From NCBI GenBank assembly GCA_963728565.1, contig CAVSLC010000018.1, forward strand, positions 32,001-96,000: a stretch of DNA of 64,000 nucleotides, read 5' to 3'. Under the pieces are notes generated by a model. That model was not told where the DNA came from and ran no database searches. It saw only the letters and a program-made list of their open reading frames with translations. This document shows, piece by piece, positions 1 through 11,004 of the stretch. This DNA is from an uncultured delta proteobacterium. GTDB lineage: Bacteria; Desulfobacterota; Binatia; UBA9968. Positions within the stretch are counted from its first letter, which is position 1; the number at the start of each line of letters is the position of its first letter. Position numbers and translations under genes: made by a program.

Positions 1-503
<503 letters not shown>

Positions 504-634
504 TTTTGCTGCGGTTGATGCGGCCAACCCGTGGAATCTTCACCCCTAATCGTCGGCCCAGCTAACTGCGGCGACGCCTATGCCGCATGTATTGAGTTGC
601 AGTGATGGCGAAAGGCGAATCCGGATCGAACTGA

Positions 635-665
635 GAGGACGAGCACGAGCACGAACACGAACACG
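635..665. repeat. Hexamer tandem repeat GA(G/A)(G/C)AC x5
   Basis: gaggac gagcac gagcac gaacac gaacac read directly. Confidence 0.8.
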
Positions 666-737
666 GTTTTCGTTGATTTGATTGCGCTGGGCAAAAAGAT
701 AGTGCTGTGCTAGTACCAGCCAAAGATTGAGGCCAAT

Positions 738-1761
738 ATGACTATGTCGATTCGATTGCGATTGTTTCTCGCTCCGATCTTAATCATCGTGATTTTTCTA
801 GCCGCCTGAGTCGAGTCCGGCCTCTGGCGAACTGCTGGTCGCCTACGGCGGGCATAACGAGACCATGGCGCCGATGTGGGTGGGCGTTGATCGAGGTTTG
901 TTCAAAAAGCACGGTGTCGATCCGCGAGTGTTGCAGACCCGCAGCGGGCCGATCATGATGGCGACCCTGGCTTCGGGCGGAGCCCCTCTGGTTTGGGCGG
1001 CGCCGACCAGCGCCATCAGCGCGGCGCTGGGAGGAATGAAGCTCGGGTGCTTCGCAGTCGGCAACGATAGAATTCCCCGCGAGTTGATCGCCCGCAAGGG
1101 GATCGAATCGCTGGATGATTTGCGCGGTAAAACCTTCGGCGTTCAAAGCATCGGCGGCGGCTTCTGGTTGGCCACCATGGCCGTGCTCAACGGGCTCGAC
1201 ATCGATCCGGACAAGTACAAGCTCAGTATGCGGGTGATTGGCGATACTGGAACTGTGACGCAAGCCCTGACCACCGGCAATATCGACGCTGCGGTGGTGC
1301 CTTATAGTTTTGCCGATATGGCCAAGAGGGCCGGCGCCCGCTCATTGGCGGATGCGGGCACGGTAAAACTCGTTTATCAGGGCACAGCGATGTGTGCGCG
1401 GAAAGATTCTACCGCCATTAGTAATGAAACGATGATCGGATTGGCCAAAGGAATTGTCGAAGCGCTGGTTTATATCCAAGAGCCGGCAAATAAGCGTGAT
1501 GTGTCCGAGATTCTCAAGAAGCATCTCCGCCTGACAAGAGACGAAGATATCGAAGCATCATACAAAGTGACACGTTTACAGATGACAGCTTTGGATATCG
1601 CCCCCAACGGCGAGGCTTGGCGAAGAATCCAGCGCCTGCTCACACGGGTCAATCCTAAAGTTAAGGAGGCGGATCTGGATCAGTTACTGGTGAGCAACGC
1701 AGCACGGACTTTGGAGGAGAGCGGCTTCTTGCCCGAGATGAGAAAGAGACTCGGAAGGTAA
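738..1761 (+). CDS. NMT1/THI5-like (SsuA-type) substrate-binding protein; apparent frameshift near 795-805
   Basis: ORF 865-1761 has APMWVGVDRGLFKKHG and DLRGKTFGV; a signal-peptide-like start MTMSIRLRLFLAPILIIVIF at 738 is in a different frame. Confidence 0.8.
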
Positions 1762-1889
1762 TGAATTGCGACTAGGAACCAAGCGAGCGGTCTCGTGTTG
1801 CTGCTCATGCATCGTGACCTGAGATGAGCTTAGCTGAGGAGCACGAACAGGTTGGCGTGAACCGGATCAGACAGGAAGGAGATTGAATC

Positions 1890-3602
1890 ATGCAAGGTGG
1901 ACAGGCAATGTTGAAGGCGATCGAGCGAAGCGGCGTCGATTACATTCTTTCTTCTCCGGGCTCGGAATGGCCGCCGGTCTGGGAAGCCTTGGCCGAGGCG
2001 GCGGCGCGTGGAGCGCAAAAGCCGAAGTACATCAACTGTCGCCACGAAGCCGTCGCTGTCGCGATGGCGGCGGGTTACACGAAAGTGACCAATCGGCCGC
2101 AAGTGGTAATGCTGCACGCTACGGCTGGTCCGCTCAATGCGGCCATGACTTTGCGCGCGGCCTTACACGAGCGTACGCCGATGGTGATCCTCAGCGGTGA
2201 AATCGCCGCCTACGGTGAGAATACGCGCGTTGCCGACCCGGGCGGTCAGTGGCTACACGATCTCACGGATCTCGGCGGCTCACCGGATTTGCTCAGAGGC
2301 TGCGTCAAGTGGGCGGATCGGATTTCTTCCGCCGAGCTGTTGGCGCCAACGATAGAGCGCGCCATGCAGATTGCCGTTGAGCCACCGGCGGGTCCGGTGC
2401 TTATCGGCATCCCATTCGAATGCATGATGGAAGAAGTTCAGTGGATCGAGCATGGCAAAGCCAACGAAGTCGTGCGCTCGGTGGCAGTAGACGATAAGGC
2501 TATAGATCAGGCGCTAAAGCTCATTGCCAGTGCAAAGAATCCCGTCGCAGTCACGGAATATGTCGGTGGCGATCCGCGCGCTGTTGAGAGGCTCGTGCAG
2601 CTTTGTGAATTGTTTTCCATTCCGGTGATGGAAACGTACCGGCCGGCATTCGTGAATTTTCCGCGCAGTCATCCACTTTATTTGCATCATGACGCGAAGG
2701 CCATCGATGCGGCGGATTTGATACTGATGGTGGAAGCTGTGACACCCTGGTATCCGGCGAGCAAGTCGCCCAAGAACGCCAAAGTCATCGCCATTGCCGC
2801 AGAGTTTCCCAATTCGCGGCTCCCTTACTGGGGCTACAATGTCGACCTAGCTCTAGTGGCGCCGCCGGCGCAGACGCTGGAGAAAATAGTAACCAAAGCA
2901 AAAGCGTCCGAAGAAGTCGCCAGCAATCGCGCGGCTTACGAACAACGCCTAGGGCGCACGCGCGAAAAACATGACGATCATTTCGGCAAGTTGAATACTG
3001 AAGCCCGAAAACATGCCGATGACACGCCGATTGACCCAAGATGGCTGTGTCATGCGTTGGCCGAGGCGTTGCCCGAGAACTCGGTGATCTCGGAAGAGAC
3101 CACGGTTTATCGCACCCTCATACAGGAAGCGATCCCACGCAACCAGCCGCAATCATATTTTGCCCGAATCACCGGCGGGCTCGGCGTCGGTTTAAGCTAT
3201 GCGTTGGGCGTAAAATTAGCGATGCCCGACCGGCCCGTGTTCGCGCTGATCGGCGATGGCGCGTTTCACTACAATGCCGTGCCGTCATGCCTTGGGGTCG
3301 CTGAAGAATATCAGCTGCCGATCCATGTGGTGGTTTTCAACAATGGCCGCTACTTGTCCATGGAAACCAGCCTGATCAAATATTTCCCGGAGGGCGCAGC
3401 GAAAAAGACCGGAGTTCACTTTGGCGCCAACATCGCACCGCATCCGGACTACCAGTATTATGCCCAAGCGCACGGCGGTCGCGGATTCCGGGTGACGCGG
3501 CCGGATCAAATCAAGACGGCAGTGGAGCAGGCGCTGGTGCAAGAAAGGGAAGGCAAACTCACAGTGATCGATGTCGTTCTCAGCGATTTCAATCCGCGAT
3601 AG
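1890..3602 (+). CDS. Thiamine pyrophosphate-dependent enzyme (acetolactate synthase/benzoylformate decarboxylase superfamily)
   Basis: CRHEAVAVAMAAGY; TPP motif GDGAFHY...NN; good SD. Confidence 0.9.
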   Translation: MQGGQAMLKAIERSGVDYILSSPGSEWPPVWEALAEAAARGAQKPKYINCRHEAVAVAMAAGYTKVTNRPQVVMLHATAGPLNAAMTLRAALHERTPMVILSGEIAAYGENTRVADPGGQWLHDLTDLGGSPDLLRGCVKWADRISSAELLAPTIERAMQIAVEPPAGPVLIGIPFECMMEEVQWIEHGKANEVVRSVAVDDKAIDQALKLIASAKNPVAVTEYVGGDPRAVERLVQLCELFSIPVMETYRPAFVNFPRSHPLYLHHDAKAIDAADLILMVEAVTPWYPASKSPKNAKVIAIAAEFPNSRLPYWGYNVDLALVAPPAQTLEKIVTKAKASEEVASNRAAYEQRLGRTREKHDDHFGKLNTEARKHADDTPIDPRWLCHALAEALPENSVISEETTVYRTLIQEAIPRNQPQSYFARITGGLGVGLSYALGVKLAMPDRPVFALIGDGAFHYNAVPSCLGVAEEYQLPIHVVVFNNGRYLSMETSLIKYFPEGAAKKTGVHFGANIAPHPDYQYYAQAHGGRGFRVTRPDQIKTAVEQALVQEREGKLTVIDVVLSDFNPR

Positions 3603-3641
3603 CGCGGCAGAGAGGGATAAACGAACGGCGGGTTTGAGCAG

Positions 3642-3902
3642 CTAAGGAGAGTTTCTTTTGTTTTTCGGCTGATGTTTGGATACGGCGGTTTTCTTGCGCA
3701 TCCCAGTACGCTGCTTCGCCGGCAGTGTTTTCTTTACGCGGGAAACAGTCGGGGGTAATCCCAACTTTGTTTTTCTTGTTGTTTCCTGCTCCGTTTGCAT
3801 CACCAGAGGTTGGCCTACAGCCCACTCGGTAACCGGGTCTTTCTTGCTTTTGTTGGGATGCCGCATAGCTTCTATGATGTCACAGTTGTAGTATCTTTCC
3901 AA
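3642..3902 (-). CDS. Possible small Lys/Arg-rich hypothetical protein
   Basis: ORF converging on the TPP gene; strongly basic; no recognisable motif. Confidence 0.25.
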   Translation of the reverse strand: MERYYNCDIIEAMRHPNKSKKDPVTEWAVGQPLVMQTEQETTRKTKLGLPPTVSRVKKTLPAKQRTGMRKKTAVSKHQPKNKRNSP

Positions 3903-4304
3903 TACCAGAGCGCTGCATGTAACTTTCGGTTAAGTACATATCCTTGGACCGGCTCCATCCGGATGGCATCATGGCGCCGGCACGCATTGGCTCACTACCT
4001 CATTTCGTTAGAAAAGATGCCGTGATTTAAAGCGACCGCGCGAGGGGCCGAGCCAGGCGCTTCAGGGTTAAATCCATGCTTCGTGATCAGCATCTTTTTC
4101 TTACCATGGGCATAGCCTTTGGTAGTCGCAATGCTTTTTCGGTTTTCTTACTCGCGGTGATTGACGTTAAGAGCGGCGGTTTTTATCTGGACAGCGGGCT
4201 CGCGCAGAAGCAGATGAGCTCGGTGACACCACAAAGCAAATGATACTTCTAGTTGTTATCCCGTTTGTTTATCCACTCACGATAACAAGTGTAAGCACGT
4301 TTGG

Positions 4305-5312
4305 TTACCTACCTGCCGATGCACCGAATATGCGCGGAAAGAGCTTTCTCACATTGCCCTCGGTAATTTTGTATCTCTCTTCCTGGGTGAGCCAATCAAT
4401 TTCCTGAAAAATCGGCACGAGGTCCTCGAAGTTTCTGCCGGTCATGGGATCGATGGCATTAACGGCGCCGAACATCTCAGTGGCAAAAAGCACGTTATCG
4501 GCGCCTACCCGCTTGATTAGAAGCTCCATCGATTCTTTGTCGTAGATCGCCATGTCCCAATAAACTCGCCGCGCCGCTTCCTCGAACGGCTCAAGCCCTT
4601 CCTTTACGTGCATGCCGCGATTGCGATTCCATTGGTACGGGACGGCGCCGCCGCCGTGCGGAATGATGATCTTTAATTTTGGAAAATCTTTGAACACGCT
4701 GGATTTGAGCAGCTCGATGGCGGCCGAGTTGTGATGAGCAAGATAATAAGAATTTGTAAGATGCATTGCCGGATTGAGCGAAGCGCTGGCATGGATCGTA
4801 CACGGCACGTCGAGTTCGACCATCTTTTCCCACAGGGGATACCACCAGTCACTGCCGAGAGAAGGCGTCAGAGGTTCGCGTCCCCCGGCAACATCGGGGT
4901 TAACGTTGCAACCGACGAATCCCAATTCTTTAACGCAACGGTCAAGTTCATCGACCCATTCCTTCGGGCTGACATCCGGCGATTGCGGCAACTGGCATAC
5001 GGCGGAAATCTTATCCGGCCATAACCGCGCAACGCGCGCGATGAGATCGTTGCACGCCTCTGTCCAGTAGCGGCTAACGAGGGGCGAGCCGAAATGATGG
5101 CCCATCGCGGAGGCTTGGGGAGAAAACAGAAGCCGATCGATACCGGATTCTTTCATTCGCTTGAACTGACCTTCCATTGAGCGTGCCAGAACCTCATCGC
5201 TGATCTGTAACTTTGCTGGTATGGGCTTCCCTAGATGCGTGATCTGCTGGCCGCGGTACGCCTGCAGCTGCGCTGGAGCAGTGGTGTAGTGGGTGTGGGC
5301 ATCGATGATCAT
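4305..5312 (-). CDS. ligJ: Amidohydrolase-2 family, LigJ-like 4-oxalomesaconate hydratase
   Basis: MIIDAHTHYTTAP, FSPQASAMGHH, ELGFVGCNVNPD and IIPHGGGAVPY resemble LigJ; SD GGAAGGAG before ATG 5312. Confidence 0.7.
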   Translation of the reverse strand: MIIDAHTHYTTAPAQLQAYRGQQITHLGKPIPAKLQISDEVLARSMEGQFKRMKESGIDRLLFSPQASAMGHHFGSPLVSRYWTEACNDLIARVARLWPDKISAVCQLPQSPDVSPKEWVDELDRCVKELGFVGCNVNPDVAGGREPLTPSLGSDWWYPLWEKMVELDVPCTIHASASLNPAMHLTNSYYLAHHNSAAIELLKSSVFKDFPKLKIIIPHGGGAVPYQWNRNRGMHVKEGLEPFEEAARRVYWDMAIYDKESMELLIKRVGADNVLFATEMFGAVNAIDPMTGRNFEDLVPIFQEIDWLTQEERYKITEGNVRKLFPRIFGASAGR

Positions 5313-5416
5313 GAGGTGGCTCCTTCCTATATTTTCCAAAGGCGAATCGGTTTGTCTGACATAGAGCCCTTTGCTATACAACTGGCGCAAGCAACGATAC
5401 CAAGGAGTACGGTGTC

Positions 5417-6285
5417 ATGTCAGACATACCCCGCTTAAACGGCGTAATCAAAGCCCTCGAGCAAGGCCATACCGCCTTCGTTTCATTTTGCCCGGTCGAT
5501 ATCGAAAGTGCCGTCGCCATGGCGGGATCGCAGCTCGATGGCGTCGCATTTGAAATGGAGCATGGCCCCCTCGATTTCCCCGGTTTACGCCAGGCTCTGC
5601 AGTTCATGCTCGACCGGCGTCAGATCGTCGAACAAGCAACGTTAGCTCCCGCGGTCACGCCTATGGTGCGTATTCCGCCCAACGGCGGCGAGCACAATCA
5701 ATGGATCGCTAAGCAGGTGCTCGATATCGGCGTTTTTGGAATCATTTTCCCGCACGTCAGCTCTGTCGAGGAGGCCTGGAACGCCGTGTGCGCATGCCGC
5801 TATCCGCGTCTCGCTACAGTTCCGCGCTACGACCCAGCCGGAATTCGCGGTGACGCGCCGGCGCGAGCGGCGCGCTATTGGGGTTTAACCCAACAGGAGT
5901 ATTACCAACGGGCCGACGTGTGGCCATTGGCACCGCACGGAGAAATTCTCGTCATCATTCAATGCGAAGATACGCGCGCCATCGATAATCTTCCGAAGAT
6001 TCTCAAGGAGGTGCCCGGCATCGGCGTTGTTTTGATAGGCGAAGGCGATTTAAGCCAGGAGTTGGGCCATCCGAGAATTACGAGCATCCGGTTGTGGCGG
6101 ACGCGATCGATAACATTCTCAAAATTTGCAAGGAGCACAACGTACCGTGCGGCCATCCTCACCCAGACTCGCATAATATTGAGCGGCTGGTCGCCTGCGG
6201 CTATCGCTTCCTGATGCCGTCTGCGCCGCGATCCTTCAATGTTCTCGAACTTGGCCGCAAGCTCGCCGGCAGAACTGCCGGTTGA
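5417..6285 (+). CDS. HpcH/HpaI aldolase family protein; single frameshift near 6075
   Basis: EMEHGP, KQVLDIGVFGIIFPHV, IGEGDLSQELG; C-terminus (HPVVADAI...CGHPH) continues in the frame of ORF 6094-6285. Confidence 0.85.
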
Positions 6286-6316
6286 ATCTCGTCGATAAAA
6301 AATAAAACTGTGCAGT

Positions 6317-6637
6317 TCAATATATCTGACTGATTGACCGCAAGAGCTTGCTATAAGAGACGTTGCTTGAGGATTGCCCATAAGGGACGTGAAGGACGAG
6401 GCACTTTGCGCGGCCGCCAGTCTTGATAAACTCGCTCAGAGGAATTCGAAGGCCGAAAATCCCAGCGCCTGCAACTGGCTGCTGATTCGAGGGCAGCCGT
6501 GATTCATGATTACATTTTTCTCCACCACAATATTGCTCTTGAGCCAGTAAGTATCTGCTCGGGCGACTGCGATTCATCCCGGGATTGATCTCGTACTCGA
6601 TGCCGTAAAAGGCAGGCGGGCACATCAACATCCCCAT
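6317..6637 (-). pseudogene. Internally deleted amidinotransferase/DDAH-like remnant
   Basis: N-terminal LMCPPAFYGIEYEINP joined by ~35 aa to C-terminal LSEFIKTGGRAKCLVL; family members are much longer. Confidence 0.7.
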
Positions 6638-6790
6638 ATGAATATTTTACCGCCCTATCGTTCGGGAGAGACGAAAGCGGCCACATCTAACGGAATCGCA
6701 CCTACGATCAGGTCTACGTTGACAGCGGATTCTTATGTGATAAGAGGCACGACATCTTGCTGAAGGCAGGCTGCCTGCTGGGGTGACAAC

Positions 6791-7156
6791 ATGAGACTAC
6801 TACGTCGGCTGATTCGTGGCCTGCTTGCATTAACGATTTGTCTGATTTCCGTTCCGCAAAAACTAAATTCTCACGGCGGAGACCCTGACCTGATTCACGC
6901 CTGCATCAACGATAAGGGGATCGTTCGGATTGTTCGTCCCAAGGATGAATGTGCCAGATCGGAAACGGCGCGTCACTGGATACGAGTTCGACCGGGGGAG
7001 AAGCCGCCGCGCGACCGCAATGTGTCCGACGGCAAGTTAGCGTCGGTAGAGTTGTTGGACTTAGCCGTAGGTCTCGCATACACCCGGCGCGGGCTCGCGG
7101 AAAGTAAGCTGTTGTTCGCGGAACCATCGCGGAGCTTGCCACTTCCCAGTGACTGA
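6791..7156 (+). CDS. Small secreted hypothetical protein
   Basis: Signal-like N-terminus; HGGD..IHAC...GIVRIV....C...E....W module typical of N-termini of exported proteins. Confidence 0.55.
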   Translation: MRLLRRLIRGLLALTICLISVPQKLNSHGGDPDLIHACINDKGIVRIVRPKDECARSETARHWIRVRPGEKPPRDRNVSDGKLASVELLDLAVGLAYTRRGLAESKLLFAEPSRSLPLPSD

Positions 7157-7375
7157 GCTCGATGATACCTCGCGCCCCCGCGTTCGGAATAGCGCTATCT
7201 TCGGATAGTAGTTTTTTGGCGGCGCTTATGGCCCCTGCGGCCTTAAACTTATGCTGACGCGGCTAAGATTATCGAGCGCGCAGGATAAACACTGCCGTCC
7301 CGCCCCTCGTTTGTTTACACAGATCCGGGTTTCGAATAATACATCAGACATCTAGGCTCGACATTAGGAGGTGCC

Positions 7376-8406
7376 ATGATTTACACCCGCATTTGCGATT
7401 TGCTTGGCATCGTTCATCCGGTCGTTTTGGGGGGATGGGAACTGCGACCACCGCGCCGCTCGTCGCTGCCGTATCCAATGCCGGCGGTTTCGGTACTCTG
7501 GGCACGTCTGCCTTCAATGCCGCAACCCTTGATACGGAAATCGCGTCGATCCGTGAGCGAACCGAAAAGCCATTCGGCATCAATCATCTGCTCTTTCAAA
7601 TCCAGGAAGATATGTTCACGGTTACACTGAGCGCTAAACCGACGGTGGCCGCGTTTGCCTGGGCTCGCAGGGATCAGAACCTGCGTGAATATTTTCAGCG
7701 GGCTCACGATGTTGGATCTAGGGTCATGTACATGGCGGGTGAAGTTCCTGAAGCTCTCCGTGCCGCAGACGCCGGGGCGGATGTGATCGTGGCGCAGGGC
7801 ACAGAAGCCGGAGGGCATGTGGGTTGGATGGCGTCCCTGCCGCTGCTACCGATGATGGTCAAAGCCGTAGCGCCGTTACCAGTTCTCTGCGCGGGTGGCA
7901 TTGCCGATGGCCGCGGGCTTGCTGCGGTGCTGGCGCTTGGCGCCGAGGGCGTACTGCTCGGCACCCGTTTTATGGCCACGCCGGAGGCGCCGATTCACCC
8001 GAACTTCAAACAAGCGATTGTTGAAAGCGACGGTCACGACACCGTGCTGACGGAAATTCCTGATCTCGCCAGTCAGCGCGTCTGGCCCGGAGCAATGTCG
8101 CGAGCTCAGCGCAACCGTTTCATCGAGCGCTGGTCCGGACGCGAATGGGCGCTGCGACAGAATGCCCAGGACGTTGGCCGGCAGGTTGCGGCTGCCCGCG
8201 CTGCCGGCGATATCAATAATGCCTCGCTTTCCTTCGGTCAGGATGCGGGCTTGATCGGTTCCATCAAGAGCGTACGGGAAGTAATTCAAGACATCATCGG
8301 CGAGGCGGAGAATATCATCAAAGATCGATTGCCCGGCCTTGTGCGCCAGAGCGGAGAAGCGAACAAGTTAGATAGCGGCAAAAAGACTGCGTCAAAAGGT
8401 TCGTAG
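7376..8406 (+). CDS. Nitronate monooxygenase/FabK-like flavoprotein; frameshift in the G-run at ~7429-7434
   Basis: MIYTRICDLLGIVHPVVLGG (SD AGGAGG) joins MGTAT..AAVSNAGGFG, QGTEAGGH, AGGIADGRG, GTRF. Confidence 0.9.
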
Positions 8407-8547
8407 TAACCGCACCGATTTGCCTGGACGTTTGATGGGTGCGGGCGAGGCAGTGAAGAACAGTTCTTCGGCGGACAGAAGTTCAACACTGCGCTCTACC
8501 CGACGAGTGGCTTAAATACTCGCTGGTTCAGCTGAACATGGCAACGA

Positions 8548-8787
8548 TCAACGTGATCTAAAGGCCCCCCGGGTTTTACCTATTTTCAACCAATCAGGTG
8601 ACTCTTCCAAATGCGCCGACTGGCATCGTTCATCACGATGCTTTTGAATACAGCTCAAGCAGAAGCCGATCACCGGCGAATCAGCGATCTCCTCATAGTA
8701 GCGTAGCGGCCAATTCTCGCATTCTCTGCAGAAGTGCCAGATGTCGGTCAGGTTAGACTTTCGATAAAAGGTTCTCAAATCGGACAT
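8548..8787 (-). CDS. Cys4 (WHFCxxC...CxxC) microprotein, paralog A
   Basis: 79 aa; SD AGGAG; motif shared with the paralog at 11683 despite divergence. Confidence 0.75.
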   Translation of the reverse strand: MSDLRTFYRKSNLTDIWHFCRECENWPLRYYEEIADSPVIGFCLSCIQKHRDERCQSAHLEESPDWLKIGKTRGAFRSR

Positions 8788-8812
8788 GCGAGCTCCTGAT
8801 CAGCAGGGTCGA

Positions 8813-8998
8813 TTACGAGCCACAGGAGAATGGAGCGGCGATGCAATCAACGACTTTGCTCCAGCTTCCCGCCAGTTCATCGCCAATGTTAGTGCTTCTC
8901 ATGCCGCCCCAGAAAACCAGGGCCACCAGAAATACGATCAAGGTATATTCCATCAATCCCTGACCGCGCTCATTACGCAAGTTCTTTAGTGGTTTCAT
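8813..8998 (-). CDS. flp: Flp family (Tad) pilin, copy 1
   Basis: ERG|QGLMEY prepilin cleavage motif (E+5, Y+6), hydrophobic helix, 61 aa; SD AAGGAG. Confidence 0.9.
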   Translation of the reverse strand: MKPLKNLRNERGQGLMEYTLIVFLVALVFWGGMRSTNIGDELAGSWSKVVDCIAAPFSCGS

Positions 8999-9051
8999 GA
9001 CTTTCTCCTTTGTTGCTTTTGCGACGTTGTGGTATCACGACGCGGCATAGC

Positions 9052-9066
9052 GCAACTCTAATGCCA
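9052..9066 (-). promoter_or_regulatory. sigma54 -24/-12 promoter for flp copy 1
   Basis: TGGCAT-TAGAG-TTGC on the minus strand, GG-N10-GC spacing. Confidence 0.8.
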
Positions 9067-9119
9067 CAAAGCAAGCTCTTGAGATGTTTGAAGACTTGGT
9101 GGTAGGGCAATTGTATTTT

Positions 9120-9164
9120 TGCCGACGTTGACAAAAATCAATTGAAGACTTGTCAGATTCGGCA
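9120..9164. promoter_or_regulatory. Paired enhancer-like sites TGYCR-N4-YGRCA
   Basis: TGCCGACGTTGACA (9120-9133) and TGTCAGATTCGGCA (9151-9164), 31 bp apart, upstream of the sigma54 promoter. Confidence 0.6.
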
Positions 9165-9522
9165 CCTGGGCGTGAGGATTAGCGTGCTTCGAGAAACTGT
9201 TAAGTAGCTTTACGCTGCGCTTGATACCGCAGGTTGTCTGAAAAATTGACCGGCTTCATTAGGAATGCTCCCGCTATGCTGGGAGATCGAGGCTTACACC
9301 TTGAAGCGAAATCAGGGTCGTAGAAAAATCTCTTTGTAAGCAGTGACCTTGAGGACCGCGCAGATCTAAAGGTTGGATATCAAAAGCATCATCGTACTCA
9401 CAAAGTAGCCGATAGCCGGCACCACCAGGACACTACTAATTCGCGGAGAGATCCGTTAATTGGTCATCAAACTCCAGCTCATCAGAGACTAGCATTTGGT
9501 CGCCATGCTCGTGAACTGCCAG

Positions 9523-11004
9523 TCAGCGCGGTGTCACCAGCGAGCCAGCCAAAGAATGGCCGGCAGAAAGCGCAGTCACTCTTTGCTTAAAGGAAGCTTT
9601 ATCGATTCCATATTCGCGCATCTTACGAGAAAGGGTGCGCACGCCGATCCGGCAGCTCTTTGCGGTGAGTCCGACGTTGCCGCCGAAATCATCGAGTTTT
9701 TGCGCCAGATACTCCTTTTCTTTTTCCTGCAGCCATTGGTTGAGCGGGGCGTTAAAGGCGTTGCCGCCGCTGCTTGGATGCGCCTCAAAGCTGACTTCCG
9801 GCAGATCGACGTGTTCGATGGTTCGGCCGGTGTTGAGAACGATGGCGCGCTCGAGAACATTTTGCAGTTCGCGAATGTTGCCCGGCCAGGAGTAGTCTAG
9901 CAGCCGACGCATCGCTTGCTTGGAAATCGAGGTGATCCCCTTGCCCGCGGCCACCGGATGGCGATGGAGAAAATCCTGAACCAATAGGGGAATATCCACC
10001 TTTCTCTGCTGTAACGGGATCAGGTGGATCGGGATGACATTTACCCGATAATAAAAATCCGAGCGCATTTTGCCTTCGGCGACAAGCTGCTTGAGCGGCA
10101 CATTGGTGGCCGTGATCACGCGCATGTCAACGTGGATATCGGCGCTGCCACCGAGCCGCTGAACCTTCTGATCTTCCAGCACCCGGAGCAATTTGCCCTG
10201 CATGACCACTGAGATGCTCTCGATCTCATCGAGAAACAAGGTGCCGCCGTGGGCTAGCTCAATCTTTCCTGCTTTGGCTTGTACCGCGCCGGTAAAGGCG
10301 CCGCGTTCGTATCCAAAAAGCTCGCTCTCGAGCAGGGATTCGGGAAAGCCGGCGCAGTTAATCGTGACAAACGGTTTGTCGCGCCGCCCGCTATGATAAT
10401 GAACCGCGCTGGCCACTAACTCCTTACCGGTGCCGGTTTCTCCTTCGATGGAGACCGTCATCTCGGTGGGCGCTACCATGCGGATGATTTCGAACATCCG
10501 ATGCATCTCGGCCGTTTTGCTGAGCATGCCGCCAAACTCAGAGCCATTCTTAAGACCCCGACGCAGATGGCGAATCTCCATGTAGACCCGGGTCTTCTCC
10601 AGAGCTAAACGCGTCGATTCCTGTACCGTGCCCAGATCGAACGGCTTGACCACAAAATCGGCCGCGCCAAGTTTAAGAACGTTTATCGCGATCTCGATAT
10701 TCGAATGCGCCGTGACTGCGATCACCGGAACATCAGGAGAATTCTCCTGAATGTGAGCTATCAGCTCGATACCGCTCATTCTCGGTAAATTGATCTCGGT
10801 AATGACGAAGTCTATGTTTCTCTCGGTCAGCAACCCTAAGGCTTCTTCACCCGAACTCACCCCGACAACGATATAACCGTTATCGAGATATAGCCGCATC
10901 ATGAGCTCACGGGCGACAACATCATCGTCAACCACAAGAAGTTTGGGTGTCATTGCGTTCGCCGGAGGGCCGCTGATCAGGCGTGCAGGAGATGTACTTA
11001 TCAT
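9523..11004 (-). CDS. sigma54-dependent activator (NtrC/PilR family: receiver, AAA+, Fis HTH); start uncertain (11004 or 10953)
   Basis: GETGTGKE, ESELFG, GAFTGA, LFLDEI, WPGNIRELQN and C-terminal HTH; receiver reads FVITE rather than VITD. Confidence 0.95.
   Translation of the reverse strand: MISTSPARLISGPPANAMTPKLLVVDDDVVARELMMRLYLDNGYIVVGVSSGEEALGLLTERNIDFVITEINLPRMSGIELIAHIQENSPDVPVIAVTAHSNIEIAINVLKLGAADFVVKPFDLGTVQESTRLALEKTRVYMEIRHLRRGLKNGSEFGGMLSKTAEMHRMFEIIRMVAPTEMTVSIEGETGTGKELVASAVHYHSGRRDKPFVTINCAGFPESLLESELFGYERGAFTGAVQAKAGKIELAHGGTLFLDEIESISVVMQGKLLRVLEDQKVQRLGGSADIHVDMRVITATNVPLKQLVAEGKMRSDFYYRVNVIPIHLIPLQQRKVDIPLLVQDFLHRHPVAAGKGITSISKQAMRRLLDYSWPGNIRELQNVLERAIVLNTGRTIEHVDLPEVSFEAHPSSGGNAFNAPLNQWLQEKEKEYLAQKLDDFGGNVGLTAKSCRIGVRTLSRKMREYGIDKASFKQRVTALSAGHSLAGSLVTPR

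Larger units (their letters stand above)
8758..9166. repeat. Left arm of ~410-bp inverted repeat (partner 11303-11712)
   Basis: Reverse-complement comparison by eye: about 6 substitutions and 1 indel. Confidence 0.95.

Noticed and set aside
6745-6760. sigma54-like AGGCACGACATCTTGC
   Set aside because: GG-to-GC spacing is 11 nt, not the required 10
8786-8989. Duplicated 67-aa ORF antisense to flp (also 11481-11684)
   Set aside because: Conserved only because it lies in the repeat; the single difference is synonymous in flp but non-synonymous in this frame
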